Source: Azolla caroliniana
Lineage: Eukaryota; Plantae; Polypodiophyta
Assembly: GCA_043228905.1 (NCBI GenBank)
Contig: JBHGNT010000004.1
Location: 5,704,001-5,768,000, forward strand
Length of the DNA stretch: 64,000 nt
Reading direction: 5' to 3'
In this document: positions 12,001 to 24,420 of the stretch, in pieces
How the letters are laid out: every line of letters begins with the position of its first letter
Numbering within the stretch: position 1 is the stretch's first letter
Program-made: the position numbers and the translations under genes
The notes under the pieces: generated by a model
Database searches by the model: none
Told to the model about the DNA's origin: nothing
The model's input: the letters and a program-made list of their open reading frames with translations, nothing else

Positions 12001-15000
12001 ATAATGTCAATGGAAGTTAAAAGATAGCCAGTCTTCAAGGGGGAAAAAATACTAGTGATGTATTTAATAATAGTGCGAAGAGACAGACCTTGCTTGTTGA
12101 GAACTCTAGACCCAATGCAAAAAGAAGAAAAACTACACCAAATTGTGCAACTGTCTCCACCTGGAAAACAGAAAAGTCTTCATACACAATTCGTCTTTAT
12201 ATTTCATAATAATGATCTGCATGAGCAAAACTACACTTACTTGAACTAGTTCACTAACAAAACTGAGGCCACCAGGCCCAATTGCTGATCCAGCTAGGAG
12301 ATAACCAGTGATTACCTGTTATGCCATGTCTGAAATTTTAACCCACATAGATTACTAGTTTAACAGACAAGTCGCCATGAAAGACAACAAAAATGCAGAT
12401 ACTTCCTCTGACCAAAAGAATCATAGCATTATCTGGTAGCAATACAAACCGGCTGTCCAAGGCATGCAAATATGATTCCACCGATAGTTGCCGACACTAT
12501 TACCACCACCATGTCAGAAATGAACCTGAAAATATATATAGCTTTTAACTTCCAGCAAAAGGATAAACATGGATACAAAACCTTGTGACCTTGAATTTTC
12601 ATCTACATATCAAAATTAAGTCACTTTCATAAAGATTGAAACAGTTTCAATGAAATTGTTGACATACCTCAAGTCCAATTGCAACACCGGATACTTCGAC
12701 TTTGGGTTAGAAATAATGAAGATATTATCCTAAAACAATTAACAACAGTTACTATAAATGAATAAAAGACTCTATCTTGACCTTAATAATGGCATTGAAG
12801 GTGAATACCATCATGAAAGGTTCAGTTCATGATTGCTGCAATTCTAGAAACGAGAAATTTACATCATTCAAAAGAAGACCAACCTTTTTATCAATAAGCG
12901 TTGGCAACTCTTCCGCTCCATTATCAGGATCACCTCGAAAGATATCCTGAATCTGTTGAAATGGTTTTGTTGTTCCACTGCAACAGCAGAGCTGTTAAAT
13001 TGGTATTTATGATCTCTATCTAACTAACAAACAATCTAGTATAACTCCCAAATGTTTGCAGTCCACAAAATAGTTTGATGAAAACCATTTTAGTAGCAGC
13101 AAACGCTACCACTTCATAACTATCTATTAAACTTATGGGAAAGGGTGTTCATTTTCCTTAAATCTAGGCAAACAGGTTCATGAACAGTAAAACCACACAG
13201 TCTTGAGTAGGAAGAAGAGGTAGTATGATCTATATATGTAGTGAAAACCCTGATTTATAATGGAAACACAAAAAATGAAATCTTCTTATTCAAATGCTAC
13301 GCAATAATGAGACACGTATCTGAACATAAATCCCTTACTTTTCAGACTTCGTATCATTTTTTTTGGGTTTGTCATGACTGACTCTAGCAACAGTCTCCAG
13401 CACAGCCTGCAAATGACAAGCCACTCGTTCCTCAGATATACACCTATGAACTGCACCGGATTTTGTAAAACAGAGTTGACCATTTATGTTTTAGCTTTCT
13501 CTTTTAGAGGTTATTTTAACCATTCATGCTAAATGTTCTTTAGGTTAACTAATACATAAGCCACAAGTGAGGTACGAATTGTATACATCAGAAAATGTGT
13601 TCTTTCATTGACGATTACAAGATTATGTACCTGTTGTTCTGACACACTGCTGTTAAAGCTACTGCCGTTTCTTTCAGCATCTGTACACCCATGGTAGATA
13701 TAATGAATGCAAGCACAATTCTTTAAAAACAACAAAACTAAATGTTAAACCAATACTTCAACAAAAACATATAGATCATAAGTTTACAGTATACGTCAAT
13801 CATTGTGCTCATGCTAAGCGTTAAAAAATGCCAAATAATTCTCCATTCAATCAACCTCTAGATTTGAAAGTAAAAAAGTGAGTTTTAAGAGAATAACACC
13901 CTCTTACTAGACAGCTTGCATCAAGGAAAATCCCCTTTATTTAGTTTCTGTGTTGGTACCCGCCATCTCCCTCTAGAGATGTGAATGACTTTATTCTTAG
14001 GTCTTTGCAGTTAAAGTGTTTGTGCCCTAGAGCCTCCTCATTTGATGAGAGATTCTTTTTTCTTCTTAATGGAATATAGCATTTTCCAATAAAAAATTTT
14101 GTTTTATTGAAACAATCACAGAATTATTATAAAAGAAATAGCATGCGTAAGTTCCATCAAGGAGTTTTTCTCCACTTTGGAAGTGAACATCTTATTACCA
14201 TGAGTGATGTGACATTCTTGGCAATGTACATCCACTGTATATTTCTCCCGACCACTTAACATTCTTTTGTGTATAACTAATTGATAACTTCAAATATATA
14301 ATCAATTACCAATATTTCAAGCTCTCTACATTAATCATATTGATATCAATATTTCAAATAATATAGATACTTAGACAAGATTGTGATTAGGATTTTCCAC
14401 ACCCTATATACAGGAAGGATAATGAGGCCTGGCCATAAATGCCCTCAGCAACTACCACTCAAGTAGAGGTTCAAACTTCATCCCAATTCTTCATGGGGCC
14501 TAAGGCTTCTTGATCCTACCTACAGCAGCATGTACTATATCCTCACAAATATGAGTACCCACAATACAACATCTAATTACAATATGAACCCACAACCTAT
14601 AGGTTATTTCACCTGAGTACCTTAGCTGGAGACGATTATAAGTTTAGTGAACACATATAAAGACCTGCATTTTATACGTTTGATGGACAATTTAGTGTAT
14701 CTTTTGACTACAATCGTCAGAACTAAAGCTCTAAAGGAAGTGAACTCCAAAACAAACTCAAATTTGCAGCATATTTTACTAGCATTACATTTATAAAAAA
14801 GAACAAACTGCTGCAGCACGATTTGTGTGGGGATGTGTGTGCACAGGGAGAACCGCCAGGTTCTGAACCAGGAGAGACATATGCATGAAGATGGGATATC
14901 ATAAGATTCAGACAGAGATTAAGTTGACAAAATCGAGATGTGTATGCTCATAGAGACTAAGTATTTATAAATTTAAATGTACAAAAATACGACAAGTTGA

Positions 15001-17416
15001 TTACAGGAATCTGTAGAAGAAGATCAAAAGAATTTCTATTGCAATGATTAAGAAGAATTGAGATGCCATGAAGAAGATAATCCCTCGCCATAGATGATCA
15101 AGAATTATAAGGAGATGCGCTGTAGAAGAAGTGACCCTTGAGACCAAGCGAAGAGCCAAAACCTCCCAATCTGCCAAAAAGAACAGAATGAGGAAAATCA
15201 CCCCTTTTTATGCCATTTTGCATGCTTTTCACTGATTTTTCCCACAGACTCTCCTTTTTGCTACTCTTTCTAAATTTAGACTCTGGAGCATATGGATTTT
15301 GAGATGTGAAACTTCTAGGAGCCTGTAGAAAAAATAAAGCATATGTGGTTAATCACATGGGACTCCCTAGATCAGAGGAAGTTGAGAGAGAGGAAGAGCA
15401 TGTAGCTCTTGTAGTAGTTTAAGAGGAGGTTCAAATTTCTTTATATCTCAGACAGACCTTGGCCGGATTTCCCTTCTATGTGGCACAAGTTTATTTTTCA
15501 ATACACGTCTTTTCAAGAGCATCTATGGCTCCCAGAACACGACTGATTGAGCATATCTGCTTCAGTACATCTAGTTGAGATCGTCTGACTCAAGCATGTG
15601 TGCTTCAGGAATCAGCACATCATACTAAGGACCACATGCTATTCAGGAGCATATGGTGAGCAATTCATCACACACAATCTTGAGGGGTAGCGAGAACCTA
15701 GCTCTTAATTTTTTAGACAATTAAGGGGCTCAACATCGATTATATCCCAAATTTTAGAGCACCTGCAAATGGCATTGTAGTTTACCAGCTAGGCATGAAT
15801 AATAACTCTAGAGTGATGTCCTTAAAGAGTCAACCAAGTCTAGAATTCAGAAACAAGCTTGACTATGGCCATGGTCTAGTTATCAAATGAATCTGTTCAA
15901 GGATGTTGCAATACTGATGTAGAATTGTGTTCATCCATAAAATTAATATGCCACGCATGAGTGCCATACATTATAATGTGTGGATTACATTGAGATGTCC
16001 ATATCTCACTTCAACAAAGATGGGTGAAAATGGATTCTGATGATATTTTCCTATAGATGGCTCAATATAACAAGCACTGGTCACTTGCTCTAACCCTTAC
16101 ATCCTAACCATGATTGAGATGTCACCAAATGATGGAGCCGGGAACTACATGAATTATCATTCTGCATCAACGATTATACACCAAGAAAATCATGTTGTAG
16201 ATAAATGCAGGAAAACACAATACTTCGGAAGTATCATGGGGCAAGTTGAAGAGAAACAGATGCTTCTGGAACCCATTAATAGCCTATGAGATAAATGGCA
16301 CAAAATATAAAATACTGAATGTAATAAACTACATAATGAGAGCTCTGAACTAGGAGAGACCTGGGATGCAAATGTATCCAAAATAAATCACATGAGATGA
16401 AATTGTGCATCTCCATATCACATGTGTAAAGAGATGGTACAAAAGGTTAGTAAAAAGCTAACAAAGATCATGCCCTCGACTTTCACATTATGCATTTGAA
16501 TCTCTTGGAGAGTTTGTTGCCTACAATTACTATTGTGCTTTTTTATTTCCAGCATATATCCATCGTCTCATTAATCAGCCGATTCATGATTCAGGTAGTC
16601 TTCTTGAAAACCTACAAACCATGACCAATAGATTTCACATCCACTAACAGGAACATTAGTGAGTGTGGTAAAGTATATGACAGAACTTCTACGATTTTTT
16701 TAACACCCATGGACCTTCTAGCAATATTCCAGCAACTCATGAATGATATCTTTTGAATTTAACCATTATGATTTTGTGATGATCCATCTTGAAATGTGTG
16801 ACTTCAACTTCCAGCACTACTCCCAATCACCCCAATCGAATGATAGCTCTAGAGAGTGCCTTGAGGATTTTACGGTGATTCATGTTGAACATGTCACCAG
16901 GGACCTTCCCTGCATTATTCCAAGACCTAATAAAGAATATCATTCAAGAGTGTCCAGATGATGTTGTGGTGATTTATCTAGAAAAATGTCATTATGGATC
17001 TCCTAGCAATATTCGAGAACCTGGTGTGACTATTCCTCGCTAGGGTACTTAGCTGAATTTGCGGGGATTTATCTTCAAAAAGAAGTCATTATTTTATCTC
17101 ACAGTTACAGCAGAATCACACAAATTCCTCCATTAGAAAGAATACCTTCTTGTTGATCATTCTCAGAGAACTCTTTCTCTAGAACGCGATCGATCATATC
17201 AGCAATGCTTCCCTCTTTAGGTGGGGGAGCAGAAATCATTGTCATATTGTTCGCAGCACTCGTCTCATCAAATCCTTCATCAAAAGCATCATCTGCATCT
17301 TCATTGATGTCTACATCTGCAGAAAAGCTTAGATCTATGCAGAGAAACCCTAGCAGAAGAACAAGAAGACAGATTGGCTGAAGAGATCCGAATTTTCGAC
17401 TATGAAGCTCTCCCAT
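7..17416 (-). CDS. KEA: K+ efflux antiporter, CPA2 family, KEA4/5/6 clade (partial; 3' exons lie beyond the left edge)
   Basis: 16 phase-consistent exons: 17416-17146, 13680-13631, 13406-13339, 12977-12884, 12729-12668, 12525-12450, 12315-12241, 12160-12089, 11691-11608, 11521-11453, 10213-10136, 10053-9965, 8818-8719, 7447-7394, 7275-7180, 195-7 (509 codons). Motifs: signal peptide, EGSIADMIDRVLEKEFSEND, KSKYPVLQLDLR, GYLLAGSAIGPGGL, VETVAQFGVVFLLFALGLEFS, LSLELGSFVAGVMISTTDF, VEPIRNLFAALFLSSIGMLI. All introns are GT-AG except one GC-AG (10135-10054). Confidence 0.95.
1130..1280 (+). repeat. Short interspersed repeat, copy 1 (probable 3' end of a non-LTR retroelement)
   Basis: Core 1199-1262 GATGTAATCTCTTGTTTGGTCTTATTGGCCATTTTGGCCTCTTAAAAGAAGTTAATATATCT is nearly identical to 11057-11120; ends in a CT-rich tail. 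Confidence 0.7.
1426..2008 (+). repeat. 5' LTR of Tat-like element
   Basis: TG...CA termini; roughly 90% identical by eye to 6134-6717; TATA-like CTATATAA near 1611 followed by a T/CT-rich tract, which fixes + orientation. Confidence 0.93.
2121..3990 (+). pseudogene. gag: Degraded Gypsy gag (capsid-like region plus five CCHC zinc knuckles after an internal duplication)
   Basis: DAESHIRSF...KIAKFTLSLDEPATHWYS capsid-like segment; knuckles CTTCLNPSHSAVDC and CPICNS(H/R)AHTVEQC (each present twice) and CFYCNQPGHYATQC (~3902-3943); stops and frameshifts. Confidence 0.8.
2861..3695 (+). repeat. ~420-bp tandem duplication inside gag
   Basis: Units start CCATACACTGTACTACATGC at 2861 and 3283 and end GGGTCTGAATAATCGCC; near identical, second unit with a small deletion. 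Confidence 0.92.
4499..6013 (+). pseudogene. Fragmented extra ORF of the Tat-like element (E/K/Q/A-rich, predicted coiled coil)
   Basis: Consecutive ORF pieces 4499-4819, 4756-5256, 5321-5572 and 5585-6013 with helical heptad-like composition; broken by single stops and frameshifts. Confidence 0.6.
6134..6717 (+). repeat. 3' LTR of Tat-like element
   Basis: TGTTATCC...GACTAACA followed by TSD TAGTG. Confidence 0.93.
10985..11136 (+). repeat. Short interspersed repeat, copy 2
   Basis: Same core as 1199-1262 with 2 substitutions; same orientation; CT-rich tail. Confidence 0.7.
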
Positions 17417-17774
17417 AGCCTGATGGGATCCGGCTTCACCGTCAAGAACGAAGGATTTTTTACTGTCTACTCAGTATTGGAAGGGGGGAGAAGGCGATGC
17501 GAAAGATGGGGGGGGAGCAAGGCACATTTGTTGTCCATTCCAGACATACATACGATGAGGAAGGAAGAATGTGTGCAGAGAAATGGAGGAAGTTTAGGGT
17601 TTGGAGGAGGGAGGAAACCCTAATTTGGGGATGGATGGATGGATGGATGGAGCTCAAGCATGAAAAATAGACTGTCAATTGGTGTGAGACAGAGAAAGAG
17701 GGAGGAGGCAAAAAACATTGAATCCTAAGATGGGAGATGAAGATGCCGAATATTCTCTGTCGGATCTTCCTTCA

Positions 17775-17862
17775 TGTATGTATGTATGTATGTATGTATG
17801 TATGTATGTATGTATGTATGTATGTATGTATGTATGTATGTATGTATGTATGTATGTATGTA

Positions 17863-17913
<51 letters not shown>

Positions 17914-17940
17914 ATGTATGTATGTATGTATGTGATGTAT
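17775..17940. repeat. Compound microsatellite (TGTA)n(TG)n upstream of KEA
   Basis: Directly visible run of TATG units followed by TG units. Confidence 0.97.
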
Positions 17941-20199
17941 TAGAGGAAGGATGAACTTATACATACACCAGAGATTGCAAGAATTGAATGAAATGGAAGG
18001 GAAGGGAAGCCAGGGATACACCATGCATGCATGCATGTATGCCTTATTACATAGTATCATGTATCTACCGCCAGCCAGTCATCGAATGGTTCATTTGAGT
18101 TCGCTTCGCGATCGATTTAAGTGTCACGAAATTGATATATCCACGGCCTCGAATGATCGATCGGTTATCATTCAGACACACCAGCCAATCATGCCTCGCT
18201 CGTCCATGTCCACACCTGCTTAACTATTCACGCCTAATTGGATCGGATCGCTCATTTGTCGGGTCTTTGTATCAGAGCTTTTGCACGCTCACTGTTGAAG
18301 GCATCGCTTCGCTTACATGTTATGTTTCTCAAATGTTCTATATAGGTTGGTGTGTGGTGGGGGTATGTGTGGGTGTCAAGCAGCTTTCGTTGCATTGCAA
18401 TTCTTTCATTCCGTATGTGAATATCTTTCTTTTATACAAATGACGCCCCTTCGAATACCTTTGCCAATGGCTTTAAAAACCTCAAAACATTCTGAATGGG
18501 ACATGTTCACTTTTTCTTTTTTATTGGACAACGATTGATGAAAAATACCAACCACTGATTCTTTGTTATGCCTAATTACAAAATACCATTTGGGCTATTA
18601 TGTTTCTCTACAACTTTGGGCATCATGAACTAGGAAACTTTGTTCCCTTTTTTTCATGTGAGCTTGAAAGGATTTGATTTTGCAAGTTTCTCATTGAGCC
18701 TCATGGGCACCACTGTCGTCAAAGAAGTTGCCTTCTGTATGTAATATGGCGACCAAAATTACAACCTTTGTCATATGAGTCCATAAGAGGGTTGTGAAGG
18801 ATCCAATGGTTGGTTTTTTGTTCACATTATACACTCTAATCCTTGGTCCTGGCACTAACCAACAACGTTCCACAATAATTTTATCGAAAATGAAGCTTGA
18901 CTTAATGCCAAACTTACTCCATGTATGTGATGGTGGCATTGAGTGTTTTATGTAGGATGACAATCTCATATATCCATTATATCATTGTAATGTTCAATTG
19001 AGGAGAAATTGTGGGCAAGTTTCCTTTGGCAATGGCTTTAAAACGACAAGACATTATAATCGAGGTATGCTTTTCCAATGCAATGATCAAGGATGATTCC
19101 TAACAAAGAAAATCTTACATGCCTAATCGCTAAAGTCATTTTAATTGTTATGGAGCAAGTTTCAGAACCATTAATCAAGAAAGCTTTGTCACCCTTTTAA
19201 TGGATTCTCGCTTAGGAAGTTATGCATTCTCCATCATATATTATGTTTTTCACCTCTTAGTTATTAGGGTCTACTAGATAATTGGAGTATGAAAAACGGT
19301 TCTTGTTTGATGGTATCCAATACGAAATATTTGGTTGAAAGAATTTTTTTATTTGGCAAATTGTGCATATAAGCTCTACAATACCTTATAGAGTTTACCT
19401 TTCTATAAGGTCTTGTTGTAGTAGGGAAAAAAGGTTTTTTTCTCTTGTCATATTGTCTAATCTTGTTAGTGGGGGGCCAAATATGGCCTACATAACAAAG
19501 TGAAACATGTTCAAGTAGTGTACGTGGAGTTGGTAAGTGATCCTCTTGTTCAAGAATTTTATGAATGAATGTTGAGACTCATAGTGCACTTTATGATTGT
19601 GAGAGAAATGTGTGTAGGGATAGGTCATGGTTGAAATTTAGGGGAAATCATAATTGAATATATTGCGACAACTAACCTTGCAATCCCAATATCATAAAAA
19701 TGTTTGTGTGTGTGATTGAAGACGCCATGATGATGATGATATTACATATTGTGCGTGTATGTTGGGAGAAACAAAGGAATTTCTTTCAAAGAGACTTCCT
19801 TTTAGCTTCATTGGTATTATGATATGAACAACTCTACTTCTATAGGACAATTGATTTGTTATATGGTGGAAATTTGGAATCAATAACAATATCTTTGTTG
19901 AGATACAAGCTCAACATTGGGTGCGTAATATGGTGTGTAACCCAGTGCGTAGACTGGACGCATAAGTTAGTATGCACAACCTGGTTGTATCAGTGCGTAA
20001 ACCGAAGGGATGTTAGAAAGATATTCCTCAAAAGGAATAATTTTGGGAGTGAGTGTAGCGGCTCATTTATGAGCGTCAAGTATTTTGTCAGTACTTGTGT
20101 CAGCCCGATTGTCAAGGCTTGTATATAAGGTGCTCATTGAGCACGAAGTGTATACAAAACAGAGAGTCATTATTTTGAATTTAAGTTTTTCTGTTGTTT

Positions 20200-20247
<48 letters not shown>

Positions 20248-20458
20248 TCCATCTCCATCTCAGCGTTTTCTGTGTGTTTACCGAACTGTCTTATTCCTCC
20301 GAACTGTGTACTATGTGTTTACGCACACGCTTCCGCACAACGTATTCTTTTACATTGTATCAGAGCGTGAGGGTTGAAGTCCTCTACAGCCGACAATAAA
20401 AGTTTGTGACGAAACAGAGTTGAAGTTTTTCGCTTTCGGAGAAGAAAAAGACAGTACT

Positions 20459-20992
20459 ATGGACAGAGGAATGGGAAGCTCACTTTCGACTGAAAAGCTT
20501 CACAGAAGCAACTACGCATCTTGGTTTTACAAGATGCACCAGTACCTGCTCATCCATGGCTACTGGAGTTATGTCGAAGGAGCAAACCATGTGGCACCCG
20601 ACTCGACACATAGGGACTATCCGGCTTGGGAACAAACGGCAAGCAGAGTGTTGTACTGCTTCGCGTCCTGTGTGAGCGATCAACTTTTGAGCTATATTCG
20701 GGATGCCAAGACGCCGAAGGACGCGTGGGCGAATCTCAAAAGGATTTTCGCCGCCAGCACAACGGCTAGAAAGCTGCAGCTCAGACAGGAGCTCAGCAAT
20801 GTACAACAAATAGATATGTCGATGGCTGATTACACCACCAAGATCAAAGAAATCTGCGACTCTCTCGCCTCCGTCAACGTGAACGTCGAGGAAGATGAAA
20901 TGGTGCAGGTTTGTCTTGGTGGCTTGGTGTCAAAGTTCGGACCTTTCCGAACAGCAGTCTACACGAGGGAGATTACGCCTTCGTTTTTCGAT
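20459..20992 (+). pseudogene. gag: Copia gag fragment
   Basis: SNYASWFYKMHQYL...KTPKDAWANLKRIFAASTTARKLQLRQELSN...MADYTTKIKEICDSLAS; truncated by non-retroviral filler. Confidence 0.88.
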
Positions 20993-21121
20993 TCTTCCAT
21001 AGTGTTATGGCTCCCTTCCATTTGTGATTCACTATTTGTATTACAACCTTACATTTAGCTACTTTCTTTAGCTTATATCTGACATTTCTATCATGTATCA
21101 ATATGGTAGGTGATTTTGATC

Positions 21122-21421
21122 TGTTGAGAATCAAGCTCAACTTGGTCTAGTGTGTGAATTCACCTTGAGAGTGAATAGACACTCCAACGGTTAAGAGTCA
21201 CCATTATGTCACCTCTTTGTATTCTAGCATTTAGTATGAGTCATAGAATCATATTCTATGACACATAACTTATGAGCTTTCACATTCCCCATGCTCCATG
21301 AGTCTTGTAGTTAATGAAGAGAGAGGGTGACTATATATAAAGCACCCTCCTCCCACATTGTATAAGTCATGTCTTTCTCCTTTGTTAATATACTGAACCT
21401 TGCGTATACTCTGTTTGTTTG

Positions 21422-21462
<41 letters not shown>

Positions 21463-21510
21463 GTTCACACCTATTCCGCTTCACAAGAATCCATCTCTTG
21501 ATTCTTTACA
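21122..21510 (+). mobile_element. Solo LTR (Copia-related) nested in filler DNA inside the Copia element
   Basis: TGTTGAGAATCAAGCTCAAC...TTTACA; perfect TSD TGATC (21117-21121 / 21511-21515); TATA CTATATATAA and a (CT)n(CA)n tract. Confidence 0.9.
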
Positions 21511-21827
21511 TGATCTAATATCACATTCCTTTCCGGTTTTTCTTTTTTCTTCACACTTTGAGAGACAGGTTTTGTATATATGTTTTATATTGTATACATT
21601 TTATGTAATTTAGTTTGAAACTCCGCACTATATAAATTTATTTTAGTTAGTTTGAACCTGGTTTGTCCTCGTCTTTAAGACATGATGAGAACAGATGTAA
21701 TTATGTCTAGTCTATGCTCTAGGACTTGCTTGTGAAAGTAGTTGTATCTTAAGTAACTTGGGAGGAATTATTTCAGTTTGAAAGGTTCTTAATGTCCCTC
21801 GTACTTTGACAAAAATCTGATCACTTG

Positions 21828-24420
21828 TACATCTGTGAAGCCTGTCAGATGGGAAAACAACACCGACTTCCATTCCCCAATGAGCATAATTGTAGTCGAA
21901 GTTTGCTAGATTTGATCCATTCGGATGTGTGGGGTCCGACACAGAACGTGAGTCTCGGTGGAAGCCGTTACTTTGTAACCTTCATCGATGACTTCACTCG
22001 ACACACGTGGGCATGCATGATTGAGAAGAAGAGTGAAGTCTTTGCATGTTTCCTGAAGGTGAAGAGCCTTGTGGAAAGGGAAACAGGGCGTAAGATCAAA
22101 TGCCTACGGTCTGATGGCGGGAAGGAGTACTTCTCCGACTAGTTCACATGTTATCTACAGAAGGAGGGCATTCGACGCGAATTCTCGTGTAGATACACGC
22201 CATAGCAGAACGACGTGGCTGAGCGGAAGAATCGGACAATTGAAGAAGCGGCCAGGGTGATGCTTGAAGAGAAGCATATGCCAAAATTCTATTGGGCTGA
22301 AGCCATAAAGACGGTTGTCTACCTGCAGAATCGGACTTCTGCTAATGGAGGAGTGTCGCCACATGAGCTATACTTCGCGAAGAAGCCAAACTTGGCACAC
22401 TTAAGGGTTTTTGGCAACATCACGTATGTGTACGTGCCGAAGGAGAAAAGGAGGAAACTGGATGCTAAAGTTGAGAAATGTATCTTGGTCGGCTATTCAG
22501 ATGAGCAGAAAGGGTATAAGTGTTATAACCCTCAAACAAAGGAAGTACGCGTAATCCGCGACGTTGTGTTCGACGAATCCGCTTCATGGTACTTTCCTTC
22601 ACCTCCAAAACCTCAAGACTCCATTCCAAATTCTGAAGAAGAAATCAGTGAGGTTGAAATGCCTCCGCATGATGAGGACGTCAAAGCTCTAAGAGAGAGT
22701 CCGATCTCATTTTGGTTGAGCGGGCCGAATGAGGGGTTGGGCGGAGATGGCCAACCAAATGATGAGACGACGAGTAGTGGAGACTCGGTTGTGCATTTCC
22801 CGCGCAGGAAGCCGAGGAGACGACTTACACGCAAGGAAAAAGGCAAGAAGAAAATGTTGGAATATGACTTCGGCAACGCCGAGTCAGATCGTAGTGAGTC
22901 TGACTATGGGCAAGCTGAAAAGGAATCTCCACGGAAGAGGTTGATGGTAGCCGGAAAGGTCGTCAAATTGGGTAATCACGAATTATGCCGATCTACCCGC
23001 CTCAAGAACCCCGTAAAGAGATACAGGTATAATGAGTACATGCCACACCATTACGCGTACATGACGCGAGTGGCGGAAGTGCGTGAGCCGAAGAGCTACG
23101 TAGAAGCGGCGAAGGACGCAAATTGGCGTGCCGCGATGGAGGAAGAGATGCGCGCCTTAACGCAGAACGAGACATGGGACCTAGTTGACACACCGAAGGG
23201 TGTAAAGCCGATCGAATACAAATGGGTGTATAAGGTGAAATACAACACCGACGTCTCGGTCAACCGATACAAGGCCCGGTTAGTAGCGAAAGGCTACGCG
23301 CAGAAGCACGGCGTGGACTACGACGAGACCTTCGCACCTGTCGCGAAGATGACTACCGTGCGTGTTTTGCTTGCAGTAGCAGCGGCAAAGGGGTGGCACT
23401 TACATTAGATGGATGTAAAGAACTCGTTCCTGCAACGTGATCTTGAGGAGTAGGTGTACATGGTACAACCCCCCGAATTTCTATCCGAACAAAATACCTC
23501 GGCAGTTTGCCGATTGAAGAAGTCCTTATACGGACTAAAGCAAGCCCTGCAAACTTGGAACAGAAAGATTACGCAACATTTGCGTAGGATGGGGTTTGCG
23601 CCGTCGAAGTTTGACTCTTCATTATTTGTTCGACAAGGACAATATGGACCGGTCAGCCTACTCTTGTACGTTGATGATTTAGTCATTAACACCGGTGCCG
23701 ACCTTGACGAAATCCGTCGCGTAAAGTCTCAGCTTGCGGCATCGTTTGAGATGAAGGATCTCGGAGACCTTCATTACTTACTCGGGATCGAAGTGATCTG
23801 TACCCCGAACGCATATTGCTCAGCCAACGTCATTAGGCGCTGAATATGCTCTTCAAGTTCGGGATGGCAAACTGTAAGGCCATCTCGACCCCTCTGGATG
23901 GAAACGTGAAGCTTCGCCCAGATTCGGGTAAGGCGAGCGACCCAACACGGTTCCAACAAATTGTCGGGAGCCTTATCTATTTGACGATTACTCGATCGGA
24001 TCTTAGCTACCCGGTCGGTTTAATCAGTCAATTCATGTCGTAGGCTACGACCGAACACTTTTAGTGCGCGCAACGGATACTCCGTTATGTCAGCGGCACG
24101 AACGACATGGCGTTGTTTTATCGGGCAGGCGTAGCCGAACAGTTAGTCGACTACACGAATGTCGATTGGGCCGACAACACCCACGATCATAGATCCACAT
24201 CCGGATACGCCTTCTCTCCAGGAAGTGCGGCGATTGCGTGGAGCAGTAAGAAGCAGCCGACAATAGCAATGTCGAGCACAGAGGCCGAGTATCGAGGGGC
24301 GACTATCGCTACGTGCGAAGTCATTTGGCTGAAACAGTTATTACGGGATCTGCAGGTAGAGGTGTTTGATCTGACGATGATCTATTGCGACAACCTTAAC
24401 AGTATCCACCTTGCGAAAAA
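21828..24420 (+). pseudogene. pol: Copia pol fragment: integrase, reverse transcriptase, truncated RNase H
   Basis: [102 protein letters not shown]; multiple stops. Confidence 0.95.

Noticed and set aside
14420-14540. Possible SINE relic (GGTTCAAAC)
   Set aside because: No clear A box, tail or TSD.
14941-15735. Possible old solo LTR in KEA intron 1 (ends GCTCAACA)
   Set aside because: 5' terminus and TSD could not be fixed.
17718-18060. ORFs with MYVC/HTYI repeats
   Set aside because: Translations of the (TGTA)n(TG)n microsatellite, not genes.
18459-19210. Degenerate ~200-bp direct repeats about 560 bp apart
   Set aside because: Too decayed; no TG...CA termini, PBS or TSD to support a TRIM call.
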